Assembly: GCA_027337125.1 (NCBI GenBank)
Contig: GCA_027337125.1_3057.1
Source: a phage
Length of the DNA: 64,000 nt
Strand: one strand, 5' to 3'
In this document: piece after piece, positions 58,211 through 64,000 of the stretch
Position numbering within the stretch: position 1 is the first letter of the stretch
Layout of the letters: each line of letters opens with the position of its first letter
The notes under the pieces: generated by a model
Database searches by the model: none
What the model was told of the DNA's origin: nothing
The model's input: the letters and a program-made list of their open reading frames with translations, nothing else
Position numbers and translations under genes: made by a program

Positions 58211-58776
58211 TATTGCCTCTCATATACGTAGCTTCTCAATTTATTAGCCCAACGACTCCAATTTCCAACTATAGTTTTTGTGTAATTTTTAACAAGAGTT
58301 TTTCTTATTGGAGCTGGAGGATCGGTTGGATCGGTTGGTTCAGTAGTATCAGAAGATGACCTAGAATTACTGCCAGAACCTCCAGATTCACTTTGTTCTT
58401 GGTAGTCATATATTAATGTTACTTCGTAAGTGAATGTCTTCTGGAGGTTTTGAGGAGCTTTCCATAGATATAACTGAGTATTAGAATCAGTTGGAAGGTC
58501 TTCCCATGAAGCAGCAGTTTTAAATTCATCATCTAAACGATATTTCAATGCGTCATTTCCAAATCCAAACACAGATTCATACGTTCCATATAAATGATTT
58601 TCTTCTACTAAAACCCCAGGAGTTTCTTCGTAACTAGTTATATTTATAGATACTAACGTTTCACCTGTTTCTAATTGAGCGGTAAAGGTGACGTCGATAG
58701 AAGAACCTTCCATGGATTCTCCTAAATCAGCGCTCATTGGAAGTATATTAGCCAATGTCAATCCTCGATCCATCAA
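58210..58776 (-). CDS. hypothetical protein at T4 5.1 position
   Basis: 188 aa; overlaps 3' end of gene 5. Confidence 0.6.
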   Translation of the reverse strand: MMDRGLTLANILPMSADLGESMEGSSIDVTFTAQLETGETLVSINITSYEETPGVLVEENHLYGTYESVFGFGNDALKYRLDDEFKTAASWEDLPTDSNTQLYLWKAPQNLQKTFTYEVTLIYDYQEQSESGGSGSNSRSSSDTTEPTDPTDPPAPIRKTLVKNYTKTIVGNWSRWANKLRSYVYERQ

Positions 58777-60475
58777 TTGTGTATTGACCAGATGAAATAG
58801 AACTCATAGATGCCATTTTTTCTGTCCAATCACCACCAACGTCCCAATCAACTGTCCCAGCAACTTTCCAAGAAAGATTTCCATTTACTGTATTAGTTTG
58901 ATTTCCTTCAACTAAAGTAGTAGCATCCCCTTTAACTGTAATGTCAGCATTACCTTCAACTACAATAGTAACATTACCTTTAACTAGGATAGTTCCATTA
59001 CCTTCAACTGTCTTAGTTTCATCGCCACGCACAAATATTGTGTTGCTTCCATCTATTTGGTGAAGACGATTATCCATGTTGTAATAAATTTCTGATCCAC
59101 CAACGTTAGTCTTTTTATCGCCGGCTACTAAAAAATTACCATCAGCATTTGTTATATCATACAAATTATCAACGGTTTTTCTTGTTCTTCTTCCTGATGG
59201 TGATACTTCCTCATACGTTCCAGTCGGATGAACTAATCTGTATCGTTCTTGTCCAGGGGTATCATCAAATTCCTGAATATGACCGCTTTCAGTTTCCATT
59301 GTGTGAACATACGGATATTCACCTTTATATGAAGAAACAGGTTCTTTGAATAAAATTCTCGAATCATTCGGAATAGGAGGATCGGCCGGGTCAGAAGACT
59401 TTGCTACAGTAGCAGCCATTGCTGACAAAGACCTAGCTGGCGTTTTAACTTCAATACCGTATGATTCCAAATTCCCGGTAAGAATAATCATGGTAACACG
59501 GGATGCACGGCCTTTTGTTTGTTGATACCACAATGAATCACGACCGGCTTTATATGCTTTTTCCCAATCTCCGGCTAACATAGCAGTTAACATTGTGTTA
59601 AATTTAGCTACGCCACCAACGCCCATTTGGAATGCCATATTTTCTAACGCCATTTGACGAGAACGATTAACTGCCTGCCAAACTGGGCCAACTTTAGAAT
59701 GTGATTTAATGTCACGTTGCATATCAGCCAAATCGCGTTCAAATAAAGTTACCGCTTCTTCCATTGTAATAGAACCTGGATTTCCGGTAATTTCACGACC
59801 AACTTGTTTTGATAAAACTTTATTAATTTGGGCCATATCACGAACTGGCTGCTTCATGATAAGATGACCAATACCAATTGTCGGATATCCTTCGGTATCC
59901 CAATAAACTTTTAGTCTTAATCCTTCATCACGGCGAAGCATTTCAGCCATTGACATATTTGGATTATCATCAGTTGGAATCTCTGATAGTGGTCTATCAT
60001 CGGGATTTATCGCAGTATCTAAATTACTATCTTGGATAATATTAGAAGACGAATCATATCCTACTTCTCCGCCTTGGTTTAATACGTTAGTATCATTTCC
60101 TAGACGTCTAGGATACTGTCCAGTTGGGTCAGAAAATCCTTCAAGTCTATTAGGTTTTTCGCGAACTATCCCACCATACGTGCCAAGGACAATTCCGTTA
60201 GTTTTCCATTTGTCTAAAAAATGACCATATACTCTAGTTCCTTCTACCGGACCAGTAACAGAACCTCCAATTCCAGACATTGCTGCAGAAGTTATAGGTT
60301 GAATAACTGACATCCATGGCAATTTATCGGTTGGAATACCCATTACGTCGCCTTGCGCTCTTTGGGGTGGATGCAGACCAACCACACGAACACGAACACG
60401 ACCTAATTTTAATGGGTCCATTCTATCTTCAACAACACCAACAAACCAGTTGAGGTTATTACTTATCATTTCCAT
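58748..60475 (-). CDS. 5: baseplate central spike / tail lysozyme gp5
   Basis: 575 aa matching T4 gp5; central lysozyme-like region, C-terminal VxGxxxxx beta-helix repeats. Confidence 0.92.
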   Translation of the reverse strand: MEMISNNLNWFVGVVEDRMDPLKLGRVRVRVVGLHPPQRAQGDVMGIPTDKLPWMSVIQPITSAAMSGIGGSVTGPVEGTRVYGHFLDKWKTNGIVLGTYGGIVREKPNRLEGFSDPTGQYPRRLGNDTNVLNQGGEVGYDSSSNIIQDSNLDTAINPDDRPLSEIPTDDNPNMSMAEMLRRDEGLRLKVYWDTEGYPTIGIGHLIMKQPVRDMAQINKVLSKQVGREITGNPGSITMEEAVTLFERDLADMQRDIKSHSKVGPVWQAVNRSRQMALENMAFQMGVGGVAKFNTMLTAMLAGDWEKAYKAGRDSLWYQQTKGRASRVTMIILTGNLESYGIEVKTPARSLSAMAATVAKSSDPADPPIPNDSRILFKEPVSSYKGEYPYVHTMETESGHIQEFDDTPGQERYRLVHPTGTYEEVSPSGRRTRKTVDNLYDITNADGNFLVAGDKKTNVGGSEIYYNMDNRLHQIDGSNTIFVRGDETKTVEGNGTILVKGNVTIVVEGNADITVKGDATTLVEGNQTNTVNGNLSWKVAGTVDWDVGGDWTEKMASMSSISSGQYTIDGSRIDIG

Positions 60476-61049
60476 AAGATTTCTCCATTATACGTATAAG
60501 GTCGTTCATAAATGAATTAATGTCTGATTTTGCTATTATTTTTATTTGACGAAGTTTTTCATTTTCAAGAACAGCAGCTTCATACGTATCGACCGCAGCA
60601 AGTGCTCCTTCGTATTGAGGATATTTTCTAGCTTTATCGCCTTTATCATACCAAACATATGGATTATCATCGTATGATATTAAATTATAAAATTTTTCAC
60701 CATTCTCATTCACATGATATACTATTTGGTCTCCACCTACATTTTTGTATTTTTGTATAGATGCTTGATAAGCAGCTTCTTGCGAAGTAATCCATCCATA
60801 ATACGGATCATAATTATCATTACACATCAATAAAACCCAATACAACTGCGGATTTCCATATATAGCATTTGCTAATTCTTCCGGGCGTGGTGAACCTTTA
60901 ATATAATAAGTACGTAAGCGATATCCCGCAAGAGCGCGTTTGAAATAGTCTTTATAGTTTCTAAAAATATCTGTCATAGGAATAGTCGGCGCGTTTTTAT
61001 TCACCGTTTTGGCCGCATATTCAATCGGATCAAAAAATGTAAAGAGCAT
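60459..61049 (-). CDS. 53: baseplate wedge protein gp53
   Basis: 196 aa matching T4 gp53. Confidence 0.85.
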   Translation of the reverse strand: MLFTFFDPIEYAAKTVNKNAPTIPMTDIFRNYKDYFKRALAGYRLRTYYIKGSPRPEELANAIYGNPQLYWVLLMCNDNYDPYYGWITSQEAAYQASIQKYKNVGGDQIVYHVNENGEKFYNLISYDDNPYVWYDKGDKARKYPQYEGALAAVDTYEAAVLENEKLRQIKIIAKSDINSFMNDLIRIMEKSYGNDK

Positions 61050-61062
61050 GGGCCCTCCTGTT

Positions 61063-61085
61063 TATAAATATATTATCTATTTATA
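61063..61085. promoter_or_regulatory. divergent late promoters: TATAAATA (+, 61063-61070, for 4/2) and TATAAATA on - (61078-61085, for 53)
   Basis: Both exact octamers in the 47 bp divergent intergenic region. Confidence 0.55.
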
Positions 61086-61096
61086 AGGAGAATCCA

Positions 61097-61549
61097 ATGG
61101 CATATTCTGGAAAATGGGTTCCTAAAAATATATCAAAATATAGAGGTGACCCTAAAAAAATTACGTATAGATCAAATTGGGAAAAATTCTTTTTTGAATG
61201 GTTAGATAAAAATCCAGAAATTATTGCATGGGGTAGTGAAACAGCAGTAATTCCTTATTTTTGTAATGCAGAAGGGAAAAAACGTAGATACTTCATGGAT
61301 ATTTGGATGAAAGATTCTTCTGGACAAGAATTTTTTATTGAAATAAAGCCTAAAAAAGAAACACAACCACCAGTTAAACCAGCACATCTAACAACTGCAG
61401 CGAAGAAAAGATTTATGAATGAAATTTATACATATTCCGTTAATACTGACAAATGGAAAGCAGCACAATCTTTAGCTGAAAAGCGTGGAATAAAATTTAG
61501 AATTCTAACAGAAGATGGATTACGAGCTCTTGGCTTTAAGGGGGCATAA
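61097..61549 (+). CDS. 4: head completion protein gp4
   Basis: 150 aa matching T4 gp4; AAGGAG RBS. Confidence 0.85.
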   Translation: MAYSGKWVPKNISKYRGDPKKITYRSNWEKFFFEWLDKNPEIIAWGSETAVIPYFCNAEGKKRRYFMDIWMKDSSGQEFFIEIKPKKETQPPVKPAHLTTAAKKRFMNEIYTYSVNTDKWKAAQSLAEKRGIKFRILTEDGLRALGFKGA

Positions 61550-62376
61550 TGGCTATTTTTCAAATAATTAATGAAAGCACTCCCCAAGTTCCAAAGGTTA
61601 AGCAATCATTAAACGAAAAGAAATGGATTCAGATAGGTCTTGAATACAAAAAGGCCAAAGCAAAAGGAATGACAGGAAAGCAATTTGCTGAAGAAAGAGG
61701 AATCAAATACTCTACGTTTACTTCGGCAATGTCAAAATATGCTTCAGGAATTAAAACGGCTGAAAAGATTCAAAAGCTTGAATCAAAACCAATGAATAAA
61801 CTCAATAAGCAAGAAAGACAACTGCTTATGATAAATTCATTCAGACAAACATTGCGTGATAAAATTCGTAATGAAGGCGCAGCAATTAATAATAAAACCA
61901 GAAAGTGGTTTGCTGAAACTATTAAGCAAGTAAAAGGACATAAAGTTGTTCGCCCGCAGCCGGGACGAATATATGCTTTTGCTTACGATGCTAAACACAA
62001 AGAAACTCTTCCTTATTGGGATAAATTTCCTTTGATAATTTACCTTGGTTTAGGTAAACATAATTTAATGTATGGATTGAACTTGCACTATATTCCACCT
62101 AAAGCTCGTCAACAGTTTCTAGAAGAGCTTTTAAAGCAATATTCAAATACACCTACTATTACTAATAAAACGAAATTAAAAATTGATTGGAGTCAAGTGA
62201 AAGGATTTAGGGGTGCAGACCAAATGATTAAGGCATATATACCCGGTAATATTATGGGTAGCCTTGTTGAAATCGCCCCGAAAGACTGGGCGAACGTTGT
62301 GTTAATGCCACTCCAAAGCTTCTACTCCAAAGGAAAACGTTTCTCTGCAAACAAAGTTTGGAGCAATGTACGATGA
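61549..62376 (+). CDS. 2: DNA end-protector protein gp2
   Basis: 275 aa (T4 gp2 274). Confidence 0.85.
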   Translation: MAIFQIINESTPQVPKVKQSLNEKKWIQIGLEYKKAKAKGMTGKQFAEERGIKYSTFTSAMSKYASGIKTAEKIQKLESKPMNKLNKQERQLLMINSFRQTLRDKIRNEGAAINNKTRKWFAETIKQVKGHKVVRPQPGRIYAFAYDAKHKETLPYWDKFPLIIYLGLGKHNLMYGLNLHYIPPKARQQFLEELLKQYSNTPTITNKTKLKIDWSQVKGFRGADQMIKAYIPGNIMGSLVEIAPKDWANVVLMPLQSFYSKGKRFSANKVWSNVR

Positions 62377-63032
62377 ATTATGAAAAAATTTATAATTCAC
62401 TAATTGATAGGGCTCGCAATAGAGCCCTTACTGGATATAAAGAAAGACATCATATTATTCCGAAATGTTTAGGCGGTAGTAATGATGCTTCTAACTTGGT
62501 TGATTTAACTCCAGAAGAGCATTATGTTGCACATCAGCTATTAGTAAAAATACACCCAAATTCTTTAAAATTATCTTATGCAGCCATAAAAATGACGGTT
62601 TCAACTAAATATGTTAGGAGAAATAATAAAGTTTATGGTTGGTTAAAAAGAAAACATGCAAATAATATTTCAAATACACAAACTGGACGAAAATATTATA
62701 ATAATGGTAAAAGATGTATAAAATTGCATGATGGAGATATAATTCCTGAGGGATTTATTTTAGGAAGAGGATGGAGTCCGACACAAGGAACAACTCATTC
62801 TAGAAAAAATGACACATTTAAAAACAAAAAGCTTCAATCTGCTTTAGCTAATAAACGGTGGGAAAAAGAAAAGAAAATAATGTTAGATAACTTTGGAGTT
62901 AACACTATTGATGAAGCAAAGAAAATTGTTCTTGATTTAAAATCAACTTGTCATCCAAGATATTGGCGAAAGCCAACTTTAGAAAAATTTCCATTTATGA
63001 CTTCTGCTCGTTTAAGAAGTCTAATAAATTAA
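62373..63032 (+). CDS. freestanding HNH homing endonuclease (Mob-like)
   Basis: 219 aa from ATG overlapping gp2 stop (ATGA); [36 protein letters not shown]; C-terminal [25 protein letters not shown] repeat shared with the SegE-like protein. Confidence 0.85.
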   Translation: MNYEKIYNSLIDRARNRALTGYKERHHIIPKCLGGSNDASNLVDLTPEEHYVAHQLLVKIHPNSLKLSYAAIKMTVSTKYVRRNNKVYGWLKRKHANNISNTQTGRKYYNNGKRCIKLHDGDIIPEGFILGRGWSPTQGTTHSRKNDTFKNKKLQSALANKRWEKEKKIMLDNFGVNTIDEAKKIVLDLKSTCHPRYWRKPTLEKFPFMTSARLRSLIN

Positions 63033-63138
63033 TTCTATTATCTTCCATTCTTTTCTATTGTTTGTTCTAATTGGAATTGAATGGAAGGGACTTAGACCCA
63101 TTATACCACCAACACTTATAAAGCATTATGAGGAATAT

Positions 63139-63669
63139 ATGTCGCAAGCACTACAACAAATTTTTAACCAAGCAAATACAACTAACTTTGTAGTATCAAT
63201 ACCGCATAGCAATACTACATCTGCTTTTACTTTAAATGCTCAGTCAGTTCCTATTCCAGGAATTAGAATACCTGTTACTGATACCGTGACTGGGCCGTTT
63301 GGACTAGGCAGAGCGCAACGTCCAGGAGTTACATTTGAGTACGATCCACTCATCGTGAGATTTATAGTTGACGAAGAGCTTAAGTCGTGGATAGGAATGT
63401 ATGAATGGATGCTAGGAACTAGTAACTATCTTACAGGTGAAAATACTGCCCAAAAAACAGGTCCTGAATACATTACGCTTTACATTTTAGATAATAGTAA
63501 AACTGAAATCGTGATGTCAATAAACTTTTATAAGCCTTGGGTTTCTGACCTGTCTGAAGTAGAATTTAGCTACACAGAAGATTCAGACCCAGCTTTAGTA
63601 TGCACAGCAACGATTCCTTATACGTATTTTCAAGTAGAAAAAGATGGCAAAATTATAGCAGAAGTTTAA
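63139..63669 (+). CDS. 3: tail sheath terminator / tail completion protein gp3
   Basis: 176 aa from MSQALQQIFNQ...; GAGGAA RBS; ORF track start at 63058 is an upstream extension. Confidence 0.85.
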   Translation: MSQALQQIFNQANTTNFVVSIPHSNTTSAFTLNAQSVPIPGIRIPVTDTVTGPFGLGRAQRPGVTFEYDPLIVRFIVDEELKSWIGMYEWMLGTSNYLTGENTAQKTGPEYITLYILDNSKTEIVMSINFYKPWVSDLSEVEFSYTEDSDPALVCTATIPYTYFQVEKDGKIIAEV

Positions 63670-63693
63670 TGCTTCAGTTTCATGTGTTATAAT
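63670..63693 (+). promoter_or_regulatory. candidate MotA-dependent middle promoter for gene 1
   Basis: MotA box TGCTTCA 63670-63676, 11 nt spacer, TATAAT 63688-63693. Confidence 0.5.
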
Positions 63694-63718
63694 CTTAACT
63701 AAATTTGAGGAGAAACAT

Positions 63719-64000
63719 ATGAAACTAATCTTTTTAAGTGGTGTAAAGCGTAGTGGAAAAGATACTACTGCAGATTTTATCATGAATAATTATTCTGCAG
63801 CTAAATATCAACTTGCTGGTCCTATTAAAGATGCATTGGCTTATGCATGGGGCGTATTTGCAGCAAACACTGACTATCCTTGCTTAACTCGTAAAGAGTT
63901 TGAAGGAATTGACTATGATCGTGAGACTAATTTAAATCTGACTAAATTAGAAGTAATTACGATTATGGAACAAGCATTTTGCTATCTTAATAGTAAAAGC
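63719..64000 (+). CDS. 1: dNMP kinase gp1 (3'-truncated by window end)
   Basis: Begins MKLIFLSGVKRSGKDTTADF (P-loop GxxxSGKD); matches T4 gp1 N-terminus. Confidence 0.85.
   Translation, partial: MKLIFLSGVKRSGKDTTADFIMNNYSAAKYQLAGPIKDALAYAWGVFAANTDYPCLTRKEFEGIDYDRETNLNLTKLEVITIMEQAFCYLNSKS

Overview
This window reads as a segment of a T4-like (T-even, Tequatrovirus-type) myophage genome, in reverse orientation relative to the conventional T4 map. All identifications are by eye from translations, motifs, protein lengths and gene order recalled for T4; no database search or folding was run. The + strand first carries an early region: pseT, a block of small ORFs, cd, gene 31, rIII, a cluster of small ORFs including a NADAR-domain protein, DNA ligase (30) and alt. 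Late morphogenesis genes follow, mostly on the - strand: 54-48-29-28-27-51, then 24-23-22-21-68-67-20-19-18-17-16-15-14-13-wac-12-11-10-9-8-7-6-5.4-5.1-5-53. Short + strand islands interrupt them: 26-25-uvsY, inh-hoc-rnlB, and 4-2-3-1. Accessory content relative to the T4 backbone, as I recall it, is the main interest: (i) a full-length tandem paralog of the Alt ADP-ribosyltransferase; (ii) four freestanding HNH homing-endonuclease genes inserted between uvsW/uvsW.1, 19/18, 14/13 and 2/3, plus a segE-like GIY-YIG gene; (iii) a roughly 420 bp ORF-free, GC-enriched, palindrome-rich region downstream of rIII; (iv) a NADAR plus HAD-like gene pair upstream of the ligase. T4-type early, middle (MotA-box) and late (TATAAATA) promoters and many tetraloop hairpins of the GGGNCC-UUCG/GNRA-GGNCCC kind are visible. 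No tRNA, rRNA, CRISPR array, integrase or transposase was found. segD is absent between genes 23 and 24.
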